Below, in pieces: positions 31,417 to 42,804 of a DNA stretch of 64,000 nucleotides. Under the pieces are notes generated by a model. That model worked only from the letters and a program-made list of their open reading frames with translations, ran no database searches and was not told where the DNA came from. The position numbers and the translations under genes are program-made. The stretch is from Alphaproteobacteria bacterium. Lineage in GTDB: Bacteria; Pseudomonadota; Alphaproteobacteria; JAAXGF01. Each line of letters opens with the position of its first letter. Position 1 is the first letter of the stretch. The stretch lies in assembly GCA_965218865.1 (NCBI GenBank), contig CBDCME010000065.1, forward strand, positions 1,156-65,155. Direction: 5' to 3'.

Positions 31417-34038
31417 GGCAATGTCCCGGCTGATGTTGAAAAAGTGAGGTAGGCGTCATTCGCCTGGAACCGTTAGGCTCTGGGTGTTGAATCCATCAAG
31501 GAGAACGACGCCATGACCAAGCCTACACGGAACAGCCGCCTTTCGAAACTGTTGGGGATCCCGCTTCCGCTGTTGCCGCCGGCCTTGCCGGAGGCTTTTG
31601 ATGATCTGCGCATGAGCGTGGATCGCTTTTGCCTGTTGGCCGGGGTGGAGACCCTGGGCGAGATGCTGGACGAGGATAGCGAGGTGCTCTGCGGAGCGCG
31701 CCACGCCCGCACGGCCGAGCGGCAGGGCCATCGCTGGGGGACAACCCAGAGCGAGATTGCCTATCACGGGGGCAAGGTGAAGCTGACGCGCCCGCGGGTG
31801 CGCGATCTTGCGGGCAAGGAGATGAGCTTGCCGAGCTGGGAGTTGCTCTCGGACCCGGCGCTTTTGCAGTCCTGGGCGATGAACATCATGCTGCTTACGG
31901 TTTCGACCCGCAAGTACGCGCGCGCCGTGCGCCTGCCCGGCGAGGCCAGCGGCGACTTGCCGGCACGCGCGGGCGATGCGACCTCGAAGTCCGCGGTCTC
32001 GCGGCGCTTCGTGGCCATGACGCGCAAGAAGCTGAAGGCCTTCCTGGCCAGCGACCTTTCGGATCTCGATCTCCTGGTCATCCAGATCGACGGGCTGCAC
32101 GTCGGCGATCACGTGTTGCTGGCAGCTATTGGCATCGACGGCGCGGGCGAGAAGCATGTTCTAGTGTTCCGACTCATTTAAACGGTACCCTTCTTCACCT
32201 GATTGAGGGTGTTCCGAGCTCGATCCACTTTTTTGAGGATGTCTCGGGCGGTGGCGGTCCAGGCGAAGGGTTTGGAGTTCTCGTTGTGCTTGGCGAGATA
32301 GTCGTCGATGGCCGCCTCCAGTTCGGGGACGCTCTTGAAGACGCCCCGGCGGATGGCGTTTTGGGTGATTTCGGCGAAGAAGCGTTCGACCTGGTTCAGC
32401 CAGGAGGCCGACGTCGGCGTGAAGTGGAAATGGAAGCGGGGGTGCTTTTCCAGCCACGCCTTGACCTTGGCATGCTTGTGGGTGGCGTAGTTGTCGACGA
32501 TCAAGTGGATGTCGAGCCGCTTCGGCGTCTTGCGGTCGAGCCGGCGCAGGAAACGGAGGAACTCCTGGTGCCGGTGCCGCTTCATGCATTGGCCGATGAC
32601 CGTGCCGTCGAGCACGTTGAGCGCCGCGAACAGCGTCGTCGTGCCGTTGCGCTTGTAATCGTGGGTCATGGTGCCGGCGCGGCCCTTCTTTATCGGCAGG
32701 CCGGGCTGGGTGCGGTCGAGAGCCTGAACCTGGCTCTTCTCGTCGACCGAAAGAACCAGCGCCTTGTCCGGCGGGTTCAGGTAAAGCCCGATAACGTCCT
32801 CCACCTTCTCGGCGAACCTCGGGTCGTTCGAGACCTTGAAGATGGAAATCAGATGCGGCTTCAATCCATACTCGGCCCAGATCCTCTGCACACTGGCTGA
32901 TTCCGACGGCCTTGGCCATCGTGCGAACACTCCACTGGGTCGCGTTCGGCGGTGCCTCCCGCATCGTCTTCGTCAACACCAGCGATTTCACCGCGGCGCC
33001 CAAGGGGGGCTTGCCGGACCCCCGGTCCCGATCCCGCAACAGTCCGTCGACCCCTTCCTCGAGGAAGCGTTCCTGCCAGCGCCACACCGTCGGCTTGCTC
33101 TTGCCTACTTGACGCATGATCGCCATCGTCCCGAGACGATCCCCGGACAGAAGCACGATCCGCGCACGCCAGACATGCTTCTGGGGGGTATTCCGGCCCG
33201 AAACCAGCCGCTCCAGTCGGCTCCGGTCGCCAGGAGATACCCAAATACAAGCGGTTGTTCCCATGCAGGCATAATCGCATAGTTCCAGTCCCTTGGGGAT
33301 CTTTTAAATGTGACGAAACACTAGGCCTGGCCGAAGGTGCCACGGAGAATGCCGCCACGGTGCAGGCGCTGCTCGACAACCTGACCGCCCGCGGCCTCGA
33401 CCCGGAAGTGCCCCGGCTCTTCATCGTCGACGGCGCCAAGGCGCTCTCCAAGGCGATCAAGCGGACCTTCAGGCCGGTGGCCGCCCTCCAGCGCTGCCAG
33501 GTCCACAAGGGCCGCAACATCATCGAGCGCCTCGACGAAAGCCTTCATGCCGGCGTCAAGAAGGCGCTCAGGCAAGCCTGGGACCAAGACGATGCCGAGA
33601 AAGCCGAACGCCTCATGAAGAACCTGGCGCGCCGCCTGGAGACCGAGGCCCCCGGCGTTTCGGCTTCCATCCTGGAGGGCCTGGATGAGATCCTCACCGT
33701 GATCCGCTTGGGCCTGCCGCCCAAGCTCAGGCGCTCCTTGGCCTGCACCAACGCCATCGAGAATGCCTTGGGAACGGTCAGGATGGTGCAGCACAATGTC
33801 AAGCGCTGGCGCAACGCCGAGATGGCCTTGCGATGGACCGCCGCCGGCCTCCTGGAAGCCCAAAAGACCTCCGTCGCCTCAAGGCCTACCGGCAACTCCC
33901 CATCCTCAGAGCTGCCCTCGAGGATCACGTGAAAAAGGCAAAAGCGAAAAGCGCCATTGAAACCATCAAAGAGGCCGCCTGGCCTCGAAGCCCAACCATG
34001 CCTGCCTCGCCTTTTTCAACAGAGCATGAGACATCGCC
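31417..34038 (+). mobile_element. IS256-family element interrupted by IS630-B
   Basis: About 40-bp IRs GGC.ATGTC...GTTGAAAAAG; transposase halves QIDG / VDG, QRCQVH, TNAIE. Confidence 0.9.
32164..33321 (-). mobile_element. IS630-family element B (frameshifted)
   Basis: CTAG on both flanks, IR GTGTT.CG..CATTTAAA; VDEKS, VDNYATH, SASWLN.VE. Confidence 0.92.
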
Positions 34039-34396
34039 CAGTCTTTTCGGTCAGTCATAATCGCGTACCTGAGTTTCGGTTAGCGCGAAATTGTACACGA
34101 TAAATATAGGAATGTGTTAAGGCGCAGCGCAGCTATTTTTCAAGCCCGCTTCGGTGCCAGCCTAGTCGCCCTTGGCTTCCTCCGACGGCGATCCGCAAGC
34201 TAACCGCAGAATCCCTTTTTACGGCCGTGCTCACGTTCCGGACCGGTCCCCCCTGCATCTCGCCCCGACCCCGCTCCGCCACCCGTCGCGGAAATATCCG
34301 CCCAAAATCCTCCACACTCCCAGAAAACTGGGCCTTTCCCGACGTAACCACGCGTCGCGCTTTAACTCTTAACTGGCTGATGTTATATTATAACCC

Positions 34397-34621
34397 ATGC
34401 CCTCCATGAGCACGACCGCCATCCGTTCCCGCAGGTACCGTGACCGGAAACGTCACCATAAAATGGTCGTGTCACTCGATGTGGGTCCTGAAATGCTGGT
34501 TTATCTTACCGGGGTCGGCGTCCTCGACAGAGCCGACTTGTTGAGCCGCGACGCCGTCGCCAAGGCCATTACGGATGTCGTTCAGTCATACTATTTTTTG
34601 CGACGGCGATTAAGGCGATGA
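34397..34621 (+). CDS. small basic hypothetical protein
   Basis: RSRRYRDRKR N-terminus resembling small phage/alphaproteobacterial proteins. Confidence 0.45.
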   Translation: MPSMSTTAIRSRRYRDRKRHHKMVVSLDVGPEMLVYLTGVGVLDRADLLSRDAVAKAITDVVQSYYFLRRRLRR

Positions 34622-35104
34622 CGGTTTGCCACCTGGGCTGGAAAATCCGCGTTTTATAGGCAGTAAGGGCCCCAAAGCGGACCTAACGAGAGCCGCGCGT
34701 TTTAGGCGGGATGTGACCCGAAGCCGTCATTCGCGGTGAGGTCGGCGAATACATTCGGCGGTGGTTAGGGTGGGTTAACGCTGGGATGGAGAATCACCCG
34801 CCGCATCGGGGTAAGCCTTTTGCTTGCGCTTCCTCAACCTCAAGAGTGCCAATCCAGTTAGGCCTGAGGCCGAGCCACTCTTAACCGGGACCGTCTCCCA
34901 CCTGGCGGCCATCGAGGGTCCTCCACTCCCGGAAAGACCTCTAATGTGTGGTCACCGGCGCCTCTGAGATGTCGACCGCCCGCGAGACTCTCTCGGCCTC
35001 TGTATCCTGAATTACCCGGTTCCCGACCTTTCAGCTGAAGAAATCTTCACCCAGGTCGAACGCACCCCCTCACACAGTAACGCTCCGAAGGGGCCTTGGA
35101 AGCT

Positions 35105-35590
35105 CTACAGCGCCTCCTTGATGTTCCAGACGGAAGGATCCGCTACCCGCGCGTCGGCGCTGATCGTGGTTAAAAAACTTGCGCCAACCGCGGCAAAAAA
35201 GCCGGATAACCCAGGCAAGAGGGGCGTGTAGTCGTGGCTGACGTTGAGACTAACGAAAGGAAGACCGTCGACGGTTTCCTGCTGGACGGTGACCGTGCTC
35301 GTGCCCGCGTCAAAATAATCCGGGAGCTCGTCCACAAGCGCGCTTTGCGCCGCCGTGACGGCGTCATCGGGATCAATGTACACTGTCCGCGCGACGGTCG
35401 AAGTCGCGAACGAGAGTTGATGCTGCCGAAAGAACAGATGTCCGACCTCGATGATCCCAATGAGGAACAATATAAGTGGAACGGAAATGAGAGCGAACTC
35501 TAGCGCCACCGCGCCTCGGCGGTCTCGCCCGAATCCGACTCCAGAAATCTTCCTAGGGTTCTTGAACGGTCCACGGATTTTCATCACCAC
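35105..35590 (-). CDS. TadE/TadG-family pseudopilin
   Basis: RRGAVALEFALISVPL prepilin motif. Confidence 0.85.
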   Translation of the reverse strand: MVMKIRGPFKNPRKISGVGFGRDRRGAVALEFALISVPLILFLIGIIEVGHLFFRQHQLSFATSTVARTVYIDPDDAVTAAQSALVDELPDYFDAGTSTVTVQQETVDGLPFVSLNVSHDYTPLLPGLSGFFAAVGASFLTTISADARVADPSVWNIKEAL

Positions 35591-35611
35591 ACCTTGTCTT
35601 AAACGTTGGGA

Positions 35612-36037
35612 TTACCGAATTCTGAACTCAAGCGTGGAAGTAATCGGGATATCCGGCAGGAGGATGGCGTCGTAGGTTTTGTCGACCTGGAGACTGACAA
35701 ACAGATCCGGCGGTAACCCGCCACAAGTTGTCGTGCAGCTCTGGGTCGTTCCGCCGCATTCACAAAACTCATTAACGTTTACCGCGATACTAGTATCGTC
35801 TCCCGGGAACCCCGCGCGGAATGATGCTTCGATTCGCGTGGGATCGGTAATGTTTACAAGCGTGAGTTGTACGGCGCTTCGCACGATCTGATCCATCTCG
35901 AATTTTTCTCCGATCGCCCTCGCGACGTCGACCATGGCCACCAGGCCGAGCAAAAGGATCGGCGCGATCAGCGCGAACTCAATGGCGGCGACGCCGCGCG
36001 CGTTCCTGACCAGGCTTCCAAATTTTTTTGCGAACAT
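35612..36037 (-). CDS. TadE/TadG-family pseudopilin
   Basis: RGVAAIEFALIAPIL; CxC...C...C loop. Confidence 0.88.
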   Translation of the reverse strand: MFAKKFGSLVRNARGVAAIEFALIAPILLLGLVAMVDVARAIGEKFEMDQIVRSAVQLTLVNITDPTRIEASFRAGFPGDDTSIAVNVNEFCECGGTTQSCTTTCGGLPPDLFVSLQVDKTYDAILLPDIPITSTLEFRIR

Positions 36038-36074
36038 TTGTCCTTAACCTTTCGTCGAAGGTAACGGCATCTTA

Positions 36075-37241
36075 TACCAACCGCCCTAGAGTTTGACTCG
36101 CGCAAAGGTTTACACGCCAGGTTTTGTGTGATTCAAGGTTGTTGGCAACAAGGGAGTGTGTTCAATGCCAACGATTCCTTTGCGAAACGACTTTGATGCT
36201 GAAAGAGTCCGTGTTCTTGCGGCACGGAGCGATGATGGGAACCAGGCGCGACGGCTTTTGTCGATGGCGGCCATCTACGATGGGATGGATCGAGCGTGCG
36301 CGGCGGGTATTGGCGGCATGGATCGGCAGACGTTGCGGGACTGGGTTCACCGGTTCAACGCGGGAGGTCCGGCCGGTCTGATCGACCGCAAGCCGAACGG
36401 GGCGTTGCGTCGGTTGACGCCGTCGCAAATGGCGGCGCTTTCGCGGGCTATCGAGGCCGGTCCCGATCCCGAACGGGATGGGGTCGTGCGCTGGCGCTGC
36501 ATCGATCTCAAGCAACTGATCCGAACGCGCTTCGGCGTGGACTATCACGAGCGGAGCGTCGGCAAGCTGCTGGCCGCGCTCGGGTTCTCGCATATTTCCG
36601 CGCGCCCGCGCCACGTCGGCCAGGATGCGCGGGCACAGGAGGAATTTAAAAAAAGTTTTCCCGAACACTTGGCGAAAATCGTAGCGGCACAGCCACCGGA
36701 CACGCCCATAGAGGTTTGGTTTCAAGATGAAATGCGCGTCGGCCAGAAGAACAGCCTGGTGCGCCAGTGGGCCCCAAAGGGATCGCGCCCGCGCCAGGTC
36801 AAGGACCTACGGACCTCTTCGGCGTATCTCTTCGGCGCCATCTGCCCCGAGCGCGGTGAGGGCGCGGCGCTGGTCATGCCGCGCGCCAATACTGAAGCCA
36901 TGGACCTGCATCTCGAGGAAATCAGCCGGGCCGTTGCCCCAAACGCCCATGCCGTCGTGCTGCTCGACCAAGCCGCATGGCACACCACTGCCAAACTCGG
37001 CATCCCGGAGAACATCTCCCTCGTGCCTTTGCCACCCAAGTCCCCGGAGCTCAATCCCGCCGAAAATGTCTGGCAATACCTCCGCCAGAACTGGCTCTCC
37101 AATCGTGTCTTCGACTCCTATGAAGCCATCGTCGAGGCCTCTTGCCAAGCCTGGAACAACCTGACTGACCAACCTTGGAAGATCATGTCCATCGGCCTCA
37201 GAGCGTGGGCTCGCACAAGTCAATGTTAAGGGCGGTTGGTA
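36075..37241 (+). mobile_element. IS630-family element A, copy 3 (single 357-aa ORF)
   Basis: Same ends; flanks TTA/TAA do not match. Confidence 0.93.
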
Positions 37242-37988
37242 TAAGCTGGTAAGATTGAGTGTCTGCAGGTTGGTAAGCCCGGAAAGGGGCGATAGGTCAG
37301 TAACCCCTTTGGCGCCGCTGATATCAAGTTTCCGCAGGTTAGTCAGCCCGGCGAGGGGTGTGACGTCAGTAAATTGATTATAGATGCGGAGTTTGCCCGT
37401 CAACAATTCCAAAAACGTGACAAGCCCCGACACGTCGGTAATTTCGCCAGCGGTGCCGAGATTGAGCGTCTGCAGGTTGGTAAGCCCGGCGAGGAGCGAC
37501 AGGTCGGAAATTCCGCCTGCTTCGCTGAAATCGAGCGTCTTCAGGTTGACCAGCCCGGTAAGGGGCGTCAGGTTCGAAATTTTTTTGGCGCCGCTCAGAT
37601 CAAGCGTTTCCAGGTTGGCAAGCCCGGCAAGGGGCGTCAGGTCCGTAATTCCGTCGGCGTCGCTGAGATTGAGTGCCTTAAGGTTTGTTAGCCCGACAAC
37701 CGGCGCCAGGTCGGTAATTTCGTCGGCTTTGCTGAGATCGAGTCCGACAATAGCTTCGTTACAAAGTTGAGCAATCTCTTGCCAGAACCGCTCCGGCGTT
37801 AATTCACCCCAGTTCGCATTGGACGCTGATACAGACAGTCGCGTTTCATCGCCTTCGATCGGCTCGACTGTAACCCCGTAAAGACTTAACGCGGCCACGG
37901 CTTGGGAATGCTTATCCCCAATGGACGAAGGCGCCGCACAACCGTGGGCGGCGAACCCAATCACCAATAGTGCAATCCAGTGCCTCAC
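37242..37988 (-). pseudogene. internalin-like LRR lipoprotein truncated by IS630
   Basis: Lipobox-like AHGC; 23-aa repeats L.PL.GL.NL.TL.LS.A..ITD. Confidence 0.85.
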
Positions 37989-38666
37989 TCTTCGCCACTT
38001 TGATCTTGCCCGCGATAAATACACTATCGTCGATTTGGACGCGCTGTGAAAGAAACCGTTGGCAGGCACTAATCAATCTTCAACCTTGGCATGTGACGGC
38101 CGAACCGGGATTATCAATATCTTGTGGTTTGACAGCTTTCCCACAATTGGGAAATTTTCAAGACGAAAGACAGATAAGGCCCATTATGACAAAAAATTAT
38201 GAAGTTCTTTTCAAGAACTATTTAATATTCACCCCCTATCCGCCCGTTTTTATTTCGGGAAAGTAAGGATAAACGCTTTCCCGTGGGGCGCTGCAACCAA
38301 GTAATTACTTTGCTTCAGAAACGAGAGCGCCGGCGACCACAAGATGTTGATCTGCCGACGCGATTTTGCATGAGCCGCGCGAGAATGCGCCTGAACCCGC
38401 GTGGATCTCGCAACATTCCGAGGAAAGTTGACCTTATGGCACCGCCTCGAACCTGGTGTGATAGCAGTTATTCCGGAAGTGGCCAGTAAGCAAAAACGCC
38501 GTTGGTCGACGAGGTTGGACCCCTGATTAGTGAAACCCAGCCATGTTTGTTATCGGCACGCGCGACTTACGGTAGGGTGAAGCCGAAATCCACTCAGCCA
38601 TATGTGACTGGTGGAAGTTTGGAGTGATGCCACGATCCACCGGTGGGCTCGTTTTCGAAGTGGTCG

Positions 38667-39386
38667 TCAGGGTGGCGGCGGAACGTGTTTGAGCCGGCGG
38701 TACAGCGTCAGGGCATAAAGAAAAAAGAAATAAGCGAGGAAAAGTTCGAGGAGTTCATTGTCGTTGATTCCCGGCCAGTACTGATCTTCAAGGCCCAACC
38801 AACGATAGATTCGTTTCGGCAGTTTAATCACAAGCACCATCGCGGCGCCGAGGGCGCACGCCTTGGAGGGCTGGATCCAGAGCCAGAAATCTTCCGGTTC
38901 CGGCAGTCTTCGCGCGAGCCAGCGACCCAGGCCCGCCACTGGCAGGAGCACGCCAGCGAAAAGGACGACCACGACCACGATGGCCCTCGGTGCCTGCGCC
39001 ATGAAGGGATGAAGATTATGAATGTTGGTCTCTTGCTGTCCCCGGGCGGTAAAAACTCCGTGCGCCTTCCAGCCGATGAAGTGTTGGCACCAGCTCAGTT
39101 CCTCGCCCAGGAATAGAAAGCTCACGGCAATGAATAGCGCCAGCCAGGCGAGGTACCAGCGCCGTGGCTTTGGAATCTCGATTCGGAGGCTCCGCGCGGC
39201 CAGGAGCAGGGCGAACAACAAGAGGAGGGCGGTGAGGTTTTTGACCACTCCGAACTCGGTTTCGAGGTAAAGGTCGTAGAATTTCGGATCGATAAATCCG
39301 ACCGCGAGGCAGACCACGGCTAGTCCGCACGGTAGGATGAGCCACAGCCACGTTGGAAGCCGATCCGCCTGCTCCCACGTCCTCAT
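38667..39386 (-). CDS. polytopic membrane protein
   Basis: About 6 TM segments; GEELSW.QH and ETNIHN motifs. Confidence 0.75.
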   Translation of the reverse strand: MRTWEQADRLPTWLWLILPCGLAVVCLAVGFIDPKFYDLYLETEFGVVKNLTALLLLFALLLAARSLRIEIPKPRRWYLAWLALFIAVSFLFLGEELSWCQHFIGWKAHGVFTARGQQETNIHNLHPFMAQAPRAIVVVVVLFAGVLLPVAGLGRWLARRLPEPEDFWLWIQPSKACALGAAMVLVIKLPKRIYRWLGLEDQYWPGINDNELLELFLAYFFFLYALTLYRRLKHVPPPP

Positions 39387-39397
39387 GATTGCCCGCT

Positions 39398-39656
39398 CCT
39401 GCTCGAAAATGCGCGTCCGCGCATTTTTTGCGTCTGTTCCGGCCCTCTCCCCCTCCCGGCCACCCACGAGAGTATGCTGATATGGGTGGTTGGGAGGGGG
39501 AGAGGACCGGTGCCGCGAGTTTTCGAACAGAGTCTATTCGGAAATGCGCGTCCGCGCATTTCTTGCGTCTGTCCCTCCCGGCCAGCCACGAAAGTATGCC
39601 GATAGGGCTGGCCGGGAGGGGGCGGGGGCCGGCGCCGCGAGTTTTCGAACAGGCTC
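39398..39656. repeat. tandem pair of palindromic MITE-like units
   Basis: Two units of about 130 bp, each AAATGCGCGTCCGCGCATTT...CCCTCCCGGCCA...GGGAGGG...TTTTCGAACAG. Confidence 0.8.
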
Positions 39657-39663
39657 GGCGGAA

Positions 39664-40608
39664 TCAATTATCCAGCCCGACCAGGGCTTGGGCAAGTTCC
39701 GGCGCGGAAAAGGAGCGCAGGTCGTCGATCCCCTCGCCGACGCCGACGGCGTGAATCGGGATTTTGAAACGCTTGGCGACAGCGACCAGGACACCGCCTC
39801 GGGCGGTGCCGTCGAGCTTGGTCATCACCAAGCCGCTGACCGGGACCGTCTTGGCGAAGGTCTGGACCTGGACGAGGGCGTTTTGCCCGGTAGTCGCGTC
39901 CAACACCAGGAGACACCCGTGGGGCGCCGTGGCGTCGACCTTCTTGACCACGCGGCAAATCTTCTCGATCTCCGCCATCAGGTCGTCCCTGTTGTGCAGG
40001 CGTCCCGCGGTATCGACGAGCATCACTTCGGTGGCCGCCGCCCGTTCCCGCTCGAGGGCCTCGAAAACGAGCGCCGCCGGATCCGCCCCCGGCGCCGCTT
40101 TCAGAACCCGGCAATCGCTGCGCTCGCCCCAGGCCTCGAGTTGTTCGACCGCGGCCGCGCGAAACGTATCGGCGGCCACCAGGGCCACCGACTTGCCGTC
40201 GGCCCGCAGCTGCCTGGCCAGCTTGCCGATGGTCGTCGTCTTGCCGGTGCCGTTGACGCCGACGACCAGAATGAGGTTGGGTTTGTGCTCCGGGGCGATC
40301 GCGAGAGGCTTGGCGACCGGCTCCAGCGCCTTCGTGATCCAACCGGCGACGATCCGCCGCACCGCCTCGGTCGAGATGTCGCGGTTGAAATAGCTGTGCG
40401 ACAAATCGCGCCGAACGTCTTCCGCCACCTCGACCCCCAGATCGGCGCTAAGCAGAAGGTCCTCGAGTTCCTCGAGCGTGGTTTCATCGAGCTTGCGGCG
40501 CGCGAAAACGGATCCGACGCCGTCGCCGAGCGACGACGAGGTGCGCGCGAGTCCTGTCTTGAGGCGTCCCAGCCAGCTCCTTTCGTGTTCCGATTCCGGC
40601 GTGACCAT
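39664..40608 (-). CDS. ftsY: SRP receptor FtsY
   Basis: GVNGTGKTTT, DTFRAAA, DTAGR, TKLDG. Confidence 0.96.
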   Translation of the reverse strand: MVTPESEHERSWLGRLKTGLARTSSSLGDGVGSVFARRKLDETTLEELEDLLLSADLGVEVAEDVRRDLSHSYFNRDISTEAVRRIVAGWITKALEPVAKPLAIAPEHKPNLILVVGVNGTGKTTTIGKLARQLRADGKSVALVAADTFRAAAVEQLEAWGERSDCRVLKAAPGADPAALVFEALERERAAATEVMLVDTAGRLHNRDDLMAEIEKICRVVKKVDATAPHGCLLVLDATTGQNALVQVQTFAKTVPVSGLVMTKLDGTARGGVLVAVAKRFKIPIHAVGVGEGIDDLRSFSAPELAQALVGLDN

Positions 40609-40618
40609 TGTCGGGGAT

Positions 40619-41851
40619 TCAGGCCGCGCGGGCCAGGAGGCGCTCCTGATCGACGCCGACGAGCCGGGTTCGGGCAATCGTGCCCGGGGTGCCCAGGTTC
40701 AAGAGCTGGACGGGGGCGAAATGCTCACTGTGTCCACGGTGCGGTCGCTCGACCAGGACATCCGCCTCCTCCCCGACGCGGCTTTCGAGAAAGGTCAGAA
40801 GCCGCGCTTTCCCCGCCGCGCGTAGCCGCGCCGCCCTTTCCCGGCGGATGTTCACGGGGACTTGGGGCATGCGGGCCGCTGGCGTTCCGGGCCGGGGCGA
40901 ATACGGAAATACGTGCAGATAGGTGAGACCCGCGGCGGCGACGAGGTCCAGCGTGCGTTCGAACATGCCCGCGTCCTCGGTCGGGAATCCGCTGATCAGG
41001 TCGGCGCCGAAGACGACGTCGGGGCGCAGGGCGCGAATCCTTTCGCAAAACGCGATCGACTGGGCCCGGTCATGGCGCCGCTTCATGCGCTTGAGAATCA
41101 AATCGTCCCCCGACTGAAGACTGAGATGGAGGTGCGGCATCACCCGGGCCTCGGCACCGATCATCGCCACGAGCGCCGCGTCGATCTCGGCGACATCGAG
41201 GGAGCCGAGGCGAAGCCGGGGCAACTCGGGCACCGCCTTCAACAGCCGGCCGACAAGGCGGCCAAGACCTGGCCCGCCGGGAAGGTCGTGTCCGTAGGCC
41301 GTGATATCGACCCCGGTGAGCACGATTTCGCGAACCCCGTTCGCGACCAGGCGGCGACACTGTGCCGCGACCTGACCCATGGGCACGCTACGGCTCGGTC
41401 CTCGGCCGAAGGGGATGGTGCAAAAGGTGCAGCGGTGGTCGCAACCGTTCTGGACCTGGACGAACGCCCTGGCCCGGTCGTGAAATCCGGCAATCAGGTG
41501 TCCCGAGGTTTCGCGTCGCATGGCGATGTCTTCGACCCGCACGCGCGCCGGGTCGGCAAAGGCCCGTGCCGTGAGCTTCTCGCTGTTTCCCAATACCTGG
41601 TCCACCTCCGGGAGGGCGGCGAAGGACTCGGGGTCGATCTGGGCGGCGCATCCGGTGACGATGATGCGGGCCGTCGGATGCCGGCGCCGGGCCCGCCGAA
41701 TCGCCTGCCGAGCTTGCCGCTCCGCTTCCCCAGTGACGGCGCACGTATTGACGATGATGGCATCCCGAAGTCCGGCGGCGGCCGCCTGTTCGCGCATGAC
41801 CTCCGATTCGAAGGCGTTGAGCCGGCAACCAAAGGTAATAATCTCATTCAT
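40619..41851 (-). CDS. mtaB: tRNA t6A methylthiotransferase MtaB
   Basis: TFGCRLN, NTCAVT, CDHRCTFC. Confidence 0.93.
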   Translation of the reverse strand: MNEIITFGCRLNAFESEVMREQAAAAGLRDAIIVNTCAVTGEAERQARQAIRRARRRHPTARIIVTGCAAQIDPESFAALPEVDQVLGNSEKLTARAFADPARVRVEDIAMRRETSGHLIAGFHDRARAFVQVQNGCDHRCTFCTIPFGRGPSRSVPMGQVAAQCRRLVANGVREIVLTGVDITAYGHDLPGGPGLGRLVGRLLKAVPELPRLRLGSLDVAEIDAALVAMIGAEARVMPHLHLSLQSGDDLILKRMKRRHDRAQSIAFCERIRALRPDVVFGADLISGFPTEDAGMFERTLDLVAAAGLTYLHVFPYSPRPGTPAARMPQVPVNIRRERAARLRAAGKARLLTFLESRVGEEADVLVERPHRGHSEHFAPVQLLNLGTPGTIARTRLVGVDQERLLARAA

Positions 41852-42675
41852 GTCACCGCTCCGGACGCGAGGACGCCATGTAAACTGGTTGCGACCGGTC
41901 CCGTCATCCACACGTGATTGTCCTCGCGCCAGACGATGCGGAGCGAACCGCCGTCGAGCATGACCTCCGCCTGGCGCCCGCTCAGACCGCGCCGATGGGC
42001 CGCGACCAAGGTGGCGCAGGCACCGGTGCCGCAGGCCCGCGTGACCCCGACGCCCCGTTCCCAAACCCGCGCGCGAATCCGGTCACCGTCAAGAATCTCG
42101 GCGATCTCGACATTGACGCGGTCGGGAAACAAGGGATGGATTTCGAGGGTTTTCCCGATCCGTTCGATGTCGCGGGCCGCCGTATCCGCGACGATGAAGA
42201 CCAAATGCGGATTGCCCATGTTCACGGCACAGCCCGGCCCCGGCGCGGCGGCGCCGAAGTCCAGGGCCAACGTATCGGCCTCTTCGGCGAGCGGAATCTC
42301 TTGCCAATCGAAACGCGGCGGGCCCATGTCGACCGTGATTGACCCCGGAGAGGCGGTTTCGCAGGGATGAATCCCCGCCGCACTTTCGATGATGGCCCGG
42401 TCGCCACCGTTTTCGGCCATCAGGAGCGAGGCGACGCAACGTGTCGCGTTGCCGCAGGCATCGACAATTCCCCCGTCGGCGTTGTGGATTCGGATGGCCG
42501 CGTCCGCGCGCCGCGAGGGTTCGATGACGATGACCTGATCACAGCCCACGCCCGTGCGCCGATCGGCGATCGCGCGGGCCGTCGCGTCGTCGAACGCGAT
42601 CGCTCGCTCGCGCCCGTCGAAAACCACGAAATCGTTACCCAGGCCGTGCATCTTTACGAACGGAAGCGGATCCAT
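41848..42675 (-). CDS. dapF: diaminopimelate epimerase
   Basis: KMHGLGNDF, CGNATRC, GNPH, ERGVG.T.ACGTG. Confidence 0.96.
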   Translation of the reverse strand: MDPLPFVKMHGLGNDFVVFDGRERAIAFDDATARAIADRRTGVGCDQVIVIEPSRRADAAIRIHNADGGIVDACGNATRCVASLLMAENGGDRAIIESAAGIHPCETASPGSITVDMGPPRFDWQEIPLAEEADTLALDFGAAAPGPGCAVNMGNPHLVFIVADTAARDIERIGKTLEIHPLFPDRVNVEIAEILDGDRIRARVWERGVGVTRACGTGACATLVAAHRRGLSGRQAEVMLDGGSLRIVWREDNHVWMTGPVATSLHGVLASGAVT

Positions 42676-42804
42676 GCGGCGCCTTATAGGGTGGGGCGAC
42701 GACGGGAGTCCAACGCTTTTGGCGGTGCCCAGCGGGCTCGGGAGTCCACCGCCGTATCCCCCCGGATCGGATTCCCGGCGTCGTCAATCACGCCACGAAG
42801 CCAT

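Noticed and set aside
34890-35060. Possible Uma2 endonuclease remnant (AIE..., LSAEEIFTQ)
   Set aside because: Too fragmented to support a call
36807-38069. 420-aa LRR ORF with a novel C-terminal domain
   Set aside because: The tail is antisense read-through into IS630 copy 3
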